A stretch of DNA of 64,000 nucleotides from the NCBI GenBank assembly GCA_051362555.1, contig CM120646.1, positions 5,332,001-5,396,000 on the forward strand. Reading direction: 5' to 3'. The DNA comes from Lingula anatina. Its lineage: Eukaryota; Animalia; Brachiopoda. The translations under genes were made by a program, and so were the position numbers. The notes under the pieces were generated by a model. That model made no database searches and was not told the DNA's origin. It saw nothing but the letters and a program-made list of their open reading frames with translations. This document shows, piece after piece, positions 12,888 to 25,235 of the stretch; positions within the stretch are counted from its first letter, which is position 1; each line of letters begins with the position of its first letter.

Positions 12888-15800
12888 CTATTAGTTTTTT
12901 ATTTCATTTTATATATATTTCCATTATATTCACCTCCCTTTGTTTGTCTGGTGGTAACCAGCCCAGCTCAAAAAGATGGATTTTGATGTTCAAATTTTTC
13001 AGGATAGGTCACTGTTTTATGAAAGTTTTAAGTCAAGTGTGGTATTCATATTTTAGCAGACTACCACTGAATTAACCTTGATCTAAGTTGACTTAAATTC
13101 CTAGTCATCAAGTAAAGACCAAAATATTTAAAGAGGAGGGAACCGCTGTTGTAAGTACTTATGAAAAACTGGCCCCTTGACTGTCCGAGTTAGACAGTGA
13201 TGAATACTAAGCAGTGGCACCCAAATGATTTACTGCGACACAATTACTAGTACATGTCAACCTGATTCAAGCACTCAGAACTTGTTTCGCAAAAAAAAAA
13301 AAAAAAATCTACTTGCCCAAAACTGATGAACCATCAGACCAAATTTTTAGTGGTAATTAATTAATTTAAGTATAACTCCTGTTTTGAAGATGATGTCAGA
13401 CTAATATTTACTCTACACATTTGGATCACTGTACTAGTAAATTTATATGTCTTGGGCTGAAGTGAATAAAATTTTGGTCCAATTTTCGAACATAGTTATT
13501 TAATTAATCTGGCCCCGGTGATACATTATTGTGCCATTTAATGGTGATTTAAAGTGGTTCTTGTATATGTCAGGACGGGGTTTAAAAGTCATTGTTACTT
13601 TGCACTGAACCACTGTGTGCGTGCATGTGTGTGTGTGCGAGTGCACACTCACATGTGTGCAAAAACCACTGTTTGTGTTGCCTTGAATTGAATTTGAACA
13701 CATTTGTAGGAATTGTTTTTAAAGGTTGATTTTGATTACTTACCACTGGACCACATTAAGGGAGTGGAAGTGTGTGGGTGTGCATACATCTGTGTACTTG
13801 CACTAAAATCTTAACAGATATAAAACATGAAGCGATGGCTCTAATAGACATTTTTGAAATGGTTGCATAATGAAACATCTGTGGCATTTTCTGAACTTTG
13901 AAATGACCTTTGTGACCTAAGTGACTTACTGCCACCACCTCAAACCCCTACCACCACCGCGGCCGCCGCCGCGGACCTCCTCTTCATTTGGGTTTATGAA
14001 CATATTAAAAGCCTTTGTTAGTCTAAACTATATTTGCAAAGAATTTGAGCAAGCTGTTGAGCAATTTAAACCCTGGTTCAAATATAATTGATGACATAAG
14101 TTGACAGTTGGGATATGTCAGCTTATTGTCACCACCAGATAGAAGGTAGAAATGTTAACTGTTTGATGCTTGTCTTTTGGCCTTGCAAATTACAGGAATG
14201 GATGCTCAGTTAATCAAGTAAAACCATGAAACCCATAAAACATTAAGATTCCGTTTTAATGGCATGCGGGATATTGTAATTAGGCTTTCCAGAATAATTG
14301 ACATAGTGTGTAAAGTTATGTTTTATTAATCATTTGTACCTGGTAACAGTGGGTTTTTATTACTCGTCAAGGTTAATGACCTCCTTCAATACAAAACATA
14401 TTAGACAAACACGGAATATTTTTTCACATCGTTTGCCAACCAAAGCTAGGTATACATTTGGCTTTGATTTGGACATTAATGAGATAGGGTGTCCAACATT
14501 TGTGTTTGTGTTACTTGTCATGTTGTCTGTTGTATTTCCACAAATAGCATAATAGAGATGTTGTTTTTTCTGGACACAGGTGTTGAAAAAAAGTGGCAAG
14601 GTTAACTACACTCGGCTTTAATGTCAATCACATTAGTGCACTTAACATGCAAGATGGCAAAGGATTGCCAGTTTTGATTTGGAAAAAAAATCGGTTAACA
14701 TACAAGAAGCTGTAGTATGCAGTCGAAAATTAAGCATTTCTTTGATGTGTACTGAACTCTCATGGATTGTCAACAGAGGAGTTCTATTACATAGGCTGCA
14801 TTTACAATAGCAGAACATTTACCATCGTCTAATAGGAGATAAGACAGCAAGTTTTTAAGTGGCTCCCCATAATTGTTGGTCTGCAGTTGTAACTGTGGCC
14901 ATAGAAAGGTGCTGTGCAACCATTATTTGCTTCTCTGACATAGCTGCTGTGACATCATACAGTTGAGGTATGACATCATACAATGGTGCTGTGATATCAC
15001 ACTGGGGGTATGACTTCATACAATGGTGCTGTGACATCACACTGGGGGTATGACATCATACAATGGTGCTGTGACATCACACTGGGGGTGTGACATCATA
15101 CAATGGTGATACTCAGCTCTGATTCAGATTCTGGAAAGCCGTTATACGAAGAACTCATGTTTTCAAAGATAGCTGATCGCATCTCCAAAAACATGAGTTG
15201 TTTATAAACGGCATCTGCCATTTATTTTGTTTATTTAATGTTTACGATATATACATGTTGTACATGTGGTAAAGGTATACCATTATGCCTTAAATATCCA
15301 CAGGTTTTTATTTGGTATATATGCTTATCATTCAGGGTGCTGGATCAACTCAGAAGACATGAACTGTCAGACCAGCAGCTGCGTGTCCTACTCCACCATT
15401 AAGAACTCCAGCATGCGCTACTGCTGTTGTAAGGGCAACAAGTGCAATATGAACATTACTATAGGGGGCGCTCCACCCACGACAGTGCGGCCCTCTCCTG
15501 GGACTGGTGAGTTGAAATCTGTTTGATGGAAATTGGATAAGCTAGATTAGCTAATTTTGCACTTATGATTTTGATGCAATTCAGAATGATAATGAGGTTA
15601 AATATAAAAAAATGCGGAAAAAAAAAACAACAACTTGTTTGACTGTTAAAGGTCTTTCTTTTATCAATTCAAATACCTGATCTTAAATGCTTCATGTATT
15701 CTATGTAACAGAGTGAATTGGCCTTTAGTATAACCTTTGTTATGTACAGACACAGATGTGTCTGTACATATAGCCATCATCTGCGTCTGTCGTCGCCGTC

Positions 15801-18800
15801 GTCGCCGTGCACTTTTACCGATAACACGATAAGTGGAAAACCATTTTACCTTTTGACTTGAAACTTGCAGAACTGATGAATATTCATAATACGCAGGTCA
15901 AGTTCGAAAATCAGCATGATCGGGTCACTTTTAGGGAATTTATGCTGTTTTTTCACTTTTTTCAGCATATATGCAGCCCCGATAACACGATAAGTGGAAA
16001 ACCATTTTACCTTTTGACTTGAAACTTACAGAACTGATGAATATTCATAATACGCAGGTCAAGTTCGAAAATCAGCATGATCGGGTCACTTTTAGGGAAT
16101 TTATGCTGTTTTTTCACTTTTTTCAGCATATATGCAGCACCGATAACACGATAAGTGGAAAACCATTTTACCTTTTGACTTGAAACTTACAGAACTGATG
16201 AATATTCATAATACGCAGGTCAAGTTCGAAAATCAGCATGATTGGGCCATTTTTAGGGAATTTATGCTGTTTTTTCACTATTTTCAATATAAATACAACA
16301 CTGATAACACAACATAAGAAAAACGGATTGGCCAATTGTAATTATACTCACAGGAGTGGTCAATCTTACTAAAACGCAGGTTGAGTTCGAAAATCAGCAT
16401 AATCGGGCCATTATTTTAGAAATTATACTGTTTTTTTCACATTTCCTCAGATTCAATTATTAGGCATGTTAACAGTCTCATTATTTAACTAATAAGATGC
16501 CTAAAAGCGTTTGTTTGATATTTCCTGCATCTTTACAACAGTGTTAGTTGATTATGTAAAAAACATGGTAAACTTGTTATCATGTATTGTGTAATAAAGT
16601 GTCAAAAATGGAAATAAACTCATATCATTGCAGTTTGTCAGATTCAATCATCCGCTATGTTCAGAATCTCAGAATGGAGGAAATTGGACATTTAACACTG
16701 TTCTATTGATACTTTTCCCATCTCATCAATTTTCTTAGTTGGTCATATAAAATGGCAGTAAAATGTTTATTTTGTTTTATGTTAAAAAAGTGTTAAAAAT
16801 GGAAATAAACCCATTTCAGAACAGTGCTGTCTTGTTTACATTTTGGCATTTTCTTTTTTTGAACTTTTTTTGAAGTTCCATGGGCCTGAAGACCTTTGCT
16901 AGTCACATTTTCTGAATATCTGTGAAACAAATATTTTATAATTAAAAATTGATGGTCATTAAGCTGTTAAACATTATGTAATATTGCATCAAAATTTGAA
17001 GAAACCCCTATTTTGGGCACTGCTTCCATGATGACCATTTAAGGAAAATCATGTCACTTACTGTTCTCAAACTTACAGGAAAGAAACATGGGACTAAAAT
17101 ACAGCTTCAGTAGGCAATGCAGTCTGTTTGGTATTTTTATTTTATTATTTTTTTTTTGGCAGTTAAACAGTTTTTTGTGAAAATTTTATTTTTCACATAT
17201 TGGCATTTTCAAGGTGTGACTTTAAAGTTCCATGATCTTGAAGACTTTTGCTTGTCACATTTTCTGAATGTCCATGTTACTAATATTTTATTAATAACAT
17301 TTGATTGTCATTATGCTGTTAAACATTATGTAATGTTGCATCAAAATTTGAAGAAACCCCTATTTTGGGCACTGCTCCTATGATGACCATTTAAGGGAAA
17401 TCATGTCACTTACTGTTCTCAAACTTACAGGAAAGAAACATGGGTCTAACATACAGCTTCAATAGGCAACGCAGTCTGTTTGGTAAATTTTTCTGGCAAT
17501 TTAACAGTTTTTTGTGAAAATTTAATTTTTCACTTATTTGCATCTTTATTTTCTGTTCTTTGTCTGTACATTTGACAGCTTTGCTGCCTTGTATATGAAT
17601 AATTTAAAATTCCCCTTCCTACAAGCTATATTTATATGTGGAATCTGTTTTAATTTCCAGCATTTTATTATCACGACACCAGTTACAAGGAAAAGACAAT
17701 TATCATCTCTTTGACGTCAGTGTGTGGCGTGGCACTGCTCATTCTGGTGTCATACCTGGGGTTCAGGATATGGTTGGGATCTTGTAAAACACCGCCAGAC
17801 GCCTTAACGTTAGTGGAAACCCCTGTAACCATACCTGTACCACGGTTTAACATGGACGACCTAAAACTGTCAAATATGATGTGTAAAGGAAGATATGGGG
17901 AAATCTGGAAAGCCTCCTTAGGAGAGATGGATGTAGCTGTTAAAATATTCACTCCAGCCCAGAAACAGTTTTATTTAAACGAGTTGGATATATACACGCT
18001 TCCGCACATGGAGCATGACAATATTGTGAAATTCTACGGAGCCGAAGAACGCCTGACTTCGGAAGGCATAATGCAGCAAATGCTGGTGTTAATGTACATT
18101 CCCCATGGTTCGTTGGCAGTTTACTTAAAGAACAATACAGTGGACTGGGCCGCCATGTGCCGCATGTGTCAGTCCGTTGCCAGTGGACTGGCGCATCTAC
18201 ATACAGACATTCAGAAAGGAGGTGAGTTGGTGGGGGCAATTTTCAACTATAGCATATACCAGCAATAAATGTTAATGTGTTCATCTCTCCAGTCCAGTTT
18301 TGACTTAAGAACAGGTTGACTTAATAATGTTTTGAAAAAGAAAAAAAATGTTTCGGTTATTTTTGTGCTTCTGCTCACCAGCACACATACACACACACTC
18401 GAACACACTTGGGGAAAATATTACCAAGTTGTGTTATGAGATGTTATAACTATGTTTTTAATATAAAACCAATTTGGATTGCTAGACTTCAGTTCATTTC
18501 CTCTTCATGGCATTGCCCCTGACAGCATATCTTGCAGTGTATTTATATAGATATTTTTGATTTTGCCTACAAACCGAAACAGAAATAACTCAACACTTAT
18601 GAGAAGAAATTATTCCAGCATGGCAGCAGTTTTGCCCCAGTCGCATATGACCCCCTCCTGGTAATAGGCCACTGAAAGTGCAGATGAAAATGTGTGCTCC
18701 TACTCCTAATGATGCATCTAATTGCATACGGTGCCACCTCCATGTTAGAACTGTGATGCCCTTTGCATGTGAAACACGCATTGACCTCCTCAACCCAGCA

Positions 18801-21800
18801 AAAGCCAGGGCCAATGTTTGTAGTGCGGTGTCTTAAAGGAAAGATGACATGAAAAGTGGTAGTTTACCCTTATTAAAGAAACCAACTGTATCTTTAAGTA
18901 TAAGGACTGATACTCATGATTAAAAAAATTTGTGAAAGCTTCTGTAGGGCTTTTGGCCATTACAGGTAGCCAATTATTTATCTGCCCTTTTGTTGTTTTA
19001 TAAAAAACAATATTTATATAATAAAAAAGAGTGATAAGGTTATAATTTCAGATGAATAAAATTCCTATTTTTTGTGGTTGAAATTTTCCATTGAAAATTT
19101 CCATGGAATAAAAGTTAATGCTTTTGGAAATATGAATCTGATGTGAATAAATTGGTTTTTTTATGGTTATCATCTGTGCTAGCCTACAGTTTTGGGGTAA
19201 TCGAGCAAAAAATACTCTGGATTTGGAGAGGAGATGGGTAAAAAACAAAGGATTTGCAAGTGCAGTGCAGCAGTGAATAATAACTGACTTATCAATGGAT
19301 ATTTTCCAGGTTGTTTTCTCTAAAAGTTTTGTCAAATTACAGACTTTTGCACAACAGTACATATTCACCATGTTTCTAATTTTTCTTTTGTAAATTGCTT
19401 TCTAAACAAAATTCATCATTAGCATGGATTTTCCTCCCTTGTTGCTAAAAAGTTAACACCAAATCATGTGAATTTTTGCATGTTCTCTAGTCTTTTATGA
19501 TGTAACTCACTACAGAAAGCCCCCTTTTAGGTTGAATTGGATGATTTCCATTGTCAGAAACTTAACTGGTCATTTGGATAAAGTTATTCAGATTAAGTCA
19601 AATAAAGAATGAAAATAGAATCTTATATTTGACTCTCATGTACATATATTCCATAGATTTCATCAGGAAATTAAACTTAATGTCATTGTTGTCATGTCAA
19701 AATCATCAGTTTCTTCAGACAATATTTAGATTTTACTTGTTTAACTCGTAATACAAATCTTTTGAAGGTGTTTTCCCCTTCTTTGCTTTTCAGATAAAAT
19801 AAAGCCCGCCATTGCTCACAGGGACTTCAACACACGGAATATACTGGTGAAACCAGACTTATCCTGTGTCATCACTGATCTCGGCTTTGCCATGAAAATA
19901 CAAGGCTCAAAGTTCTACAGGAACGGACATGAGGAGAACGTAGAGCACGCTGCTCTCACTGACGTAAGTGTGCACGCACGTGAATAGTTTCTGTGCAATC
20001 GGCCAGTAATAAGATTTTGACGACTTTTGGCAGATTTTCGACGTTTTTGAGAGATTGATGGAGAGGGTCCCATGGACCTCACGCCATATTTTCAGACTTT
20101 TTCTCTAAATGGCAGTCTCAGTCCTGAACAGCTGTGATGATTTTTAAAAAAAATTTTTTTTTGTAACTTAAAAATTAGGTTAACTTGCTTTCCAGAATTT
20201 TAGTGTTATTGAGTCTGAATGGAAAGAATGAAGTTGCTCTCCTTGACCTCCATTTTCCATATGTGAGAAAGCAGGTTAATATGAGGGGGTGGAGAGACTT
20301 GGCTGCATTATTTCATTGGAGACCACAAAATAACCTCGAGCTTTGTTTCCTGAAGATTTTACGTGACAAACATTGTAATGTTGACGTGGAAAGGCCTGTG
20401 TTTGTGGTCATTGTTGGAAAGTAACTATTGAACCACATTGAATACTTTTATTCGGAGAGATCTGTGGGCATTTGTAGAAGAGTACAAAAATCTGCAGGAT
20501 TTTTTTTTTTTTTTTTAATGTTAGAAGTGAGTGGGGGGTCAGGGTTCTTTTTATTTTTAAATTTCTTCCATTCTCCCGTTAGAAAGACCATTTAGGTCAA
20601 ATGAAATAACACAGTAAGTAACTTGCGTTAAGTCTGTGGTGAATGGGGTTTTGTTTCAATAATATCTATGTGCAGTATCTAATCCTTCTTTTTTTTAGGT
20701 GGGAACACTGCGCTACATGGCTCCTGAGGTATTAGATGGTGCGGTGAATCTTCGCGACTGCGAGGCCTCCCTGAAGCAGATTGATGTTTATGCCTTGGGG
20801 CTGATACTGTGGGAAATAGCATCTAGATGTAGTGATCTCTATCAAGGTGAGATATAGTCCGGGCAATTTATTCTTATACTGTGGGAAATAGCATCTAGAT
20901 GTAGTGATCTCTATCAAGGTGAGATAGGATAAGGTACAGTTGAGACAAAGACTTTTTGAGACCGTAAATCATGGAGTTTAGGCATCGTCAGTGGTTACTT
21001 TGTTGCCAGGGCAATTCTGTTGCCGTGGCTACTGCCATAATTCTAGGACTCTTAGTGAAGTTTGTGTTGTCAGTGGTTATTATGTTTCCGTGGTGTTTGA
21101 GTTGTCATGGTTTCTTTGAATTCATAATTCCAGGACTCCCAGTGCCAGAATATAAACTGCCATTCCAAGCAGAAGTAGGAACGCATGTGTCGTTTGAGGA
21201 GATGCAACTGCTTGTGTCACGCAACAAACAACGACCAGCATTCCCTGATGTGTGGAAAGATACAAATCAGGTGAGTCTCAGTGGTCACATGGTTGATCAC
21301 ATGACAGTAATAAAATTGTTAAGAATAGCATTTCTGCAAAACTGAGACCAGTTGTTGTAAGTGATACAGAACAGTCAAGTTGTAAGTAGTGGGCAAATTA
21401 TGACCTTTTCTACTTATAAAAGTGCAAAAACATCAGTAACTTAATTGCTGTTTAAAATGAGCTGATGTGTAGTTGGAGCTTATTTTGTAGTCATCTCTCC
21501 AAAATTTCTTGAAATATTTTGTCCAATAAAAGAGACAAGAGAAAGCATACCAATTTAAATATAAAGAGTTTCATGCGCTCCATTTATATAGATTATTTGT
21601 TCCCTTGAAATACCCTGTGATATGCTTGACCTTGTGAGCATCTTGATTCTGCAATTTCCAGGCAATCCGTGCATTAAAGGAAACAATCGAGGATTGCTGG
21701 GACCAGGATGCAGAGGCACGTCTGACGTCTCTCTGCGTTGAGGAAAGAGTGGCGGACATGATGGCACTCTGGGATCTCAGAACCAAAGGTAGGAAGGACA

Positions 21801-24004
21801 GAAGTAGAACTTGAAATTGTGGTGATGATTCTCTCTTTCTCTCTCTCTTTCTCTCTCTCGCCAAATCAGTGGCTAGCAGATTCATCATGGGTGATCGTAG
21901 TTTACATTATAGTTTTTGTTCAGATTCAACAGTGTAAAGGTACAATAAAGCGAGAAAGTAAAGAAATAAATTTAGATATTTGATCATTCAGTGAGATTGA
22001 GTGGCAATTAAAATGTAGTAGACTGAAATCATATTATTGGTATTAGTAATTTATTTGATGAACTGAGATAGCAATCTTCACAGTATTTTGTTGCCTTTCA
22101 TGATTTTGTATTACTGATACTTTGGTTAATGTGCACACTGTAATTGTTTGATCTTTGCATGAGAGAAATACGTAACTGTCCTTCAAACTATTCCAGGCTT
22201 ATCTCCTATTGTCCCGGTGACTTCACAACTTGTAAGTTTAGGAGAAAAGACAGACGTCCAGCGTAATGCCACCATTCTGGTACCAGAGGGAGCACAAACC
22301 ATGATGACCCGAGTGCCAAACTCCTCTGTTTCCGACATGGGGGCATTAGTCCATACAGTCCCTTCACGGAGTGTTGTCCACGACAGCTGTATGAGTGATC
22401 CAGTGGTGCCTCTTGGCTCCTATATGCGTCTGCCACCTAGTGGCGGGGTGAGCAGTAGTAGAGGGGAGAACAGCGTGTCTTCCTCAACTGTTGAGACTTT
22501 GTTATCACCTTCCGAAGGAGACAGCGCTCCTGGTGTAGGATGGAGAGAACCTATGTCCAATAGTAAAGACCATCTAAACATGAACTTTGCCAAATCTAAC
22601 AAGATCCTTCAGCCTCACCAAGGTCGCAATCCCATCGTGGAGCGAAACACACATAAATGCAGTGATGAGGAGTTGGCTATCTTGGGAAATACTCTGGTAA
22701 AGGAGTCGGAGCAGGCTGTCAAAAGGCCGTCAAACAACAACAATATATTGAGCCAGCATGGAGCAGGCGTACAACATGGCGGTAATAGCGTAGGGGGTGG
22801 GGGTGGCGGTCACTCTAATACAGACCACGAAGTGGACTCACCAGCAGGTGGTTTTCATTCTGTTAATGAGAACTTTGAAAGCACCTCCCTAGTTCAGAAC
22901 GATGTGCTGAGTCATGTGAGAAATAATCCTCCGATACCACTGAACATACAGAATGAGGTTCACACCCCGCCACTGCCCTCTACAAGACCCAAACAGGCCA
23001 ACGTGCCAGGGAACGGAAACGCTCATGTTGGGCAGGCTGTAGCAAGCACTAGCACAGGTGCTGGAAAACATACGAAGCCCTCTAACACTAAGAAGTCCCG
23101 ATTTGCAATGTTTGGATTAAAGTCCAAGGGGAAAGGCAAAGGAAGTAGTATTTTCAATGGGAACTTTTTATCCAAGAGCCACCAGAATATAGAGCGGAAT
23201 GAATTTGTAGATGACAGTCATTCTTCCCATAGTCACAATACATCTTCCCAGAGTCAAGGTCATGGCCATCAGAGGAGTTCATCTGACGGTACGACCAGCC
23301 TGTCAAGTGCTGCAAAGTGTAACCTTGCAGCGCAGTCCTCGCGATCTCAAGGTGTCCCGACAGAGGTTCGAATGATGAATGGCTCCCCTATTGTTCGGCC
23401 AACCTCTCTCCCTGTACGCACTTCCGGACCAGCTCCGCAGAACAAAACTGCGTTAATTCCAGGCATGCTGCCAGTCATGGCGGAGCAGAATGGATCCGGG
23501 GGAGCAGAGAGCCGTCTAGCATTTGCTGAGGTGGGTGTTGCCCAGCTTCAGCCTGCCAGTAATGGCCAGGCTGCCATACTGCTGACTAAGAGCAATCACG
23601 TCAATTCTCAGAGCGTGACGGACCTAAGCCCTGTGCAACGCAACACAACGAAGGACAGTACCAGCTATAGCCTTACTGACCTGAACGCTAGGAGAAATCA
23701 GCTGCAGCATGGGAAAGATACCAAGTCTAAGACTTTAGATATGTTACCAAACAACAGGCATCCCAAAGTCAGTGAAGAGAAGATTGCTGGAGCGGAAGAC
23801 AACCCTCTTGGCTCAGAAAAAATAAGAACACGCGTTAAGACGCCTTACCAGATGAAATCTGGGCGATTCTCACTCTACGATGACAGAATCATGTGTGATG
23901 GACTCTCTTTGTCTGAAAACCCTTCTAAGAGAAAGGGAGGCTGTAAAATAAGCAAGTCGCTGAGTGAATTTAACAGCGTGGAGATAGGCATGGACACGCT
24001 CTGA
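8..24004 (+). CDS. BMPR2: BMP type II receptor (BMPR2 / wishful thinking-like), 9 coding exons: 8-62, 7962-8201, 15336-15506, 17661-18221, 19794-19963, 20699-20846, 21134-21270, 21662-21788, 22197-24004 (3417 nt, 1138 aa)
   Basis: All introns are GT-AG with compatible phases. The protein has a signal peptide [19 protein letters not shown], an activin-receptor ectodomain (CFTLW...QGCW...CCCKGNKCN) and a TM segment [22 protein letters not shown]. The Ser/Thr kinase has no GS box ([48 protein letters not shown]). The ~600-aa C-terminal tail is diagnostic of BMPR2/Wit. Confidence 0.95.
950..1111. repeat. Two compound (CT)n(CA)n microsatellites
   Basis: Visible dinucleotide runs. Confidence 0.9.
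4048..4360. repeat. (GA)n microsatellite followed by a purine-only ~70-bp degenerate tandem repeat
   Basis: A GA run, then repeated gacagagagagagaagggggtgggggagggacaaagagacagaaagatagagggggg units. Confidence 0.9.
5840..6054. mobile_element. MITE family A, copy 1 (Tourist/PIF-Harbinger-like)
   Basis: TIR ccatttccatagatt..agatcga / tcgatctaaaatctatgggaat, flanked by TTA on both sides. The internal sequence is shared with copies at 8236 and 11070. Confidence 0.8.
7962..8201 (+). CDS. BMPR2: BMPR2 exon 2 (ectodomain N-half)
   Basis: Acceptor ctcatttcag; [13 protein letters not shown]...[13 protein letters not shown]...VLKQG; donor G|GTCAGT. Confidence 0.9.
8236..8461. mobile_element. MITE family A, copy 2
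   Basis: gggtgcattcccagagatttagatc ... gatcgatctaaaaatctatggaaatggggtg; same core (ggggttcacgctaaat, gttaattacccccttacagc, gtaggcgggac). Confidence 0.8.
8462..8588 (-). other. Long hairpin capped by a decayed minimal type I hammerhead-like motif (Penelope/retrozyme-type remnant)
   Basis: Arms tcatactggacacttatgta / tacgtaagtgtccagcatga. The minus-strand loop reads aguucc CUGAUGA u guccuu cugaua aagggc AAAA u GUU ggaguu. Confidence 0.6.
9582..9594 (-). promoter_or_regulatory. Canonical CTCF core motif in BMPR2 intron 2
   Basis: Minus strand reads CCACCAGATGGCG, matching CCASYAGRKGGCR. Motif match only. Confidence 0.4.
10108..10267. mobile_element. MITE family B copy
   Basis: Long TIR attcacagcagtggactaaccagtccgcagatcaaatatggc / gctatatttgatccacggactagttagtccacagttgtgaat; related to the elements at 25.2-25.7 kb. 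Confidence 0.7.
11070..11282. mobile_element. MITE family A, copy 3
   Basis: Same TIRs and core as copies 1 and 2; flanked by TAA and TTA. Confidence 0.8.
11515..11790. repeat. Degenerate ~41-bp minisatellite (aaaatgtcacagcactagcctataatggcagactactacct)
   Basis: About five partial or full copies, interrupted once. Confidence 0.7.
12835..12884. repeat. (TA)n microsatellite
   Basis: About 25 TA units. Confidence 0.95.
14945..15108. repeat. 40-bp minisatellite, about 4 copies (ctgtgacatcacactgggggtatgacatcatacaatggtg)
   Basis: Unit starts at 14947, 14989, 15029 and 15069. Confidence 0.9.
15336..15506 (+). CDS. BMPR2: BMPR2 exon 3 (ectodomain Cys box)
   Basis: Acceptor cattcag; [11 protein letters not shown]...[12 protein letters not shown]; donor G|GTGAGT. 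Confidence 0.92.
15819..16445. repeat. 161-bp tandem repeat (3 near-identical copies plus 1 diverged) inside the HINE
   Basis: cgataacacg recurs at 15819, 15980 and 16141, with a diverged copy near 16302. Confidence 0.92.
16845..17535. repeat. ~352-bp tandem duplication inside the HINE
   Basis: gaagaaacccctattttgggcactgct at about 16998 and 17350. Confidence 0.85.
17661..18221 (+). CDS. BMPR2: BMPR2 exon 4 (TM and kinase N-lobe)
   Basis: Acceptor aatttccag; TM helix, [22 protein letters not shown]; donor G|GTGAGT. Confidence 0.95.
19794..21788 (+). CDS. BMPR2: BMPR2 exons 5-8 (kinase C-lobe): 19794-19963, 20699-20846, 21134-21270, 21662-21788
   Basis: [16 protein letters not shown]...DLGFAM; [34 protein letters not shown]; [12 protein letters not shown]; [18 protein letters not shown]. 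All flanked by AG and GT. Confidence 0.95.
20804..20926 (+). repeat. 51-bp direct duplication of the BMPR2 exon 6 end and splice donor
   Basis: atactgtgggaaatagcatctagatgtagtgatctctatcaaggtgagata at 20804 and 20876. Confidence 0.95.
22197..24004 (+). CDS. BMPR2: BMPR2 exon 9 (long cytoplasmic tail)
   Basis: Acceptor tattccag in phase with ORF 22217..24004; low-complexity S/N/G/H-rich tail containing [10 protein letters not shown] and RVKTPY motifs; TGA at 24002-24004. Confidence 0.92.
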
Positions 24005-25235
24005 ACTGCTTGATCTCGTTACTATTCGAATGCGCTGAACAAAAATCCTACCTGAGAGGAATGACTCGGCTTGAATCAAAACACACAATGTTTTTAAAAA
24101 AATAGCAATTTGTTTTGATTTATATTAAGGCTTGCCTCACCTTCTTGTACAACGTTAAACAGCATCTGGGATAAAGTGCACGATGTGCATAAAACTTGAT
24201 CGTGTATGTTTCAATATTGTAACATGCAACTGCATGTCTCCGGTGTCTGTGACATGTTTAGCCTTCTAAGGCATACAGTGCATGGTAGACTCTGTTATGG
24301 TCAGGGCTAAACTGGATTTTCTAATGGTGCTTACTGGGAGAGATGATTTTCCCCCCCAAAGAATTTTATCCTTGGCCTTACCCATATCAAGTTTACTCAA
24401 ATGCCATCATGATATCAGTTCATGTAATGTGTAATCACCTTATAATTGCATTTAGTGCAAAATTGCTAAGAATCGGTTTTAAAATACCCTTTTGGTTTGA
24501 ATGTATGTGAAACACAGGTCCTTACTAGTGATTAGTGTGAGACTAGCCAGGAATTCTTCCCTTCTTGAAGATATACCACGCTTTAATACGCCTAAGAAAG
24601 TGGCAGTACACATTGGTCTTATTAAAAGATGGCTTGCTTCTGTGTAAGGCTGCTAGAGCTCAAAAGTTTTCTTGTGAAGGCAGTCGGTGTGTTCACGTTT
24701 TTAATATTGCCATCTGATCACAAAGGGGGTCTAACCCTAGAACTGTTTGAAATCTCACTGCTTACCTGTTAAACTGGGCTCAAAAAGGTGAGATGATAAA
24801 GTCTGCTATAAGTTAGTCCAAATGTTGTGAAGGCTTTTATATGTTGTACTGTTATATCTTAAAGGAGGAGCTTGCATATATGGCAAGAATGGCCTTTTGT
24901 ATGTAACATGTATCGAGTAGTTTTACAACACTGATGGATATGCTGATGTCATATTTTCATCCATGATGTCATGCTTCATTGGTGATGTCATATTTTCATG
25001 CAGTATTACTGCTTTGTCATAATTCTACATTGTTATGTTTTACATATAATCAAAATGGTTGTATAATAACCATTTAAATATAGGTTTATGCATTGCCAAT
25101 ACTCTATTGTTCTTTATCTAAGTGTATGTTATGTAGTCAACATGTTGTTGCTAATTTGACATTAAATCTGGTATGGCATGTTTTTAACAATTTTGTTGAC
25201 TAGAGTCGCAACCCTGAGTTAAGACCAGTAACATA

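Larger units (their letters stand above)
15740..17592 (+). mobile_element. HINE / non-autonomous Helentron-like element filling most of BMPR2 intron 3
   Basis: 5' subTIR atgtacagaca (15742) with adjacent inverted copy tgtctgtacat (15759), a GTC-rich microsatellite, internal tandem repeats, 3' subTIR tgtctgtacat (17561) and a short hairpin cagc-ttt-gctg before the end. Confidence 0.8.

Noticed and set aside
15870-15912. Hammerhead in the 161-bp repeat (CUGAUGA ... CGAAA)
   Set aside because: No stem II closing pair and no stem I/III; this is an ordinary HINE internal repeat.
19794-19963. DLG instead of DFG as a sign of a pseudokinase
   Set aside because: The catalytic Lys, HRD, Asn and Mg-binding Asp are intact, and DLG is common in TGF-beta family receptors.
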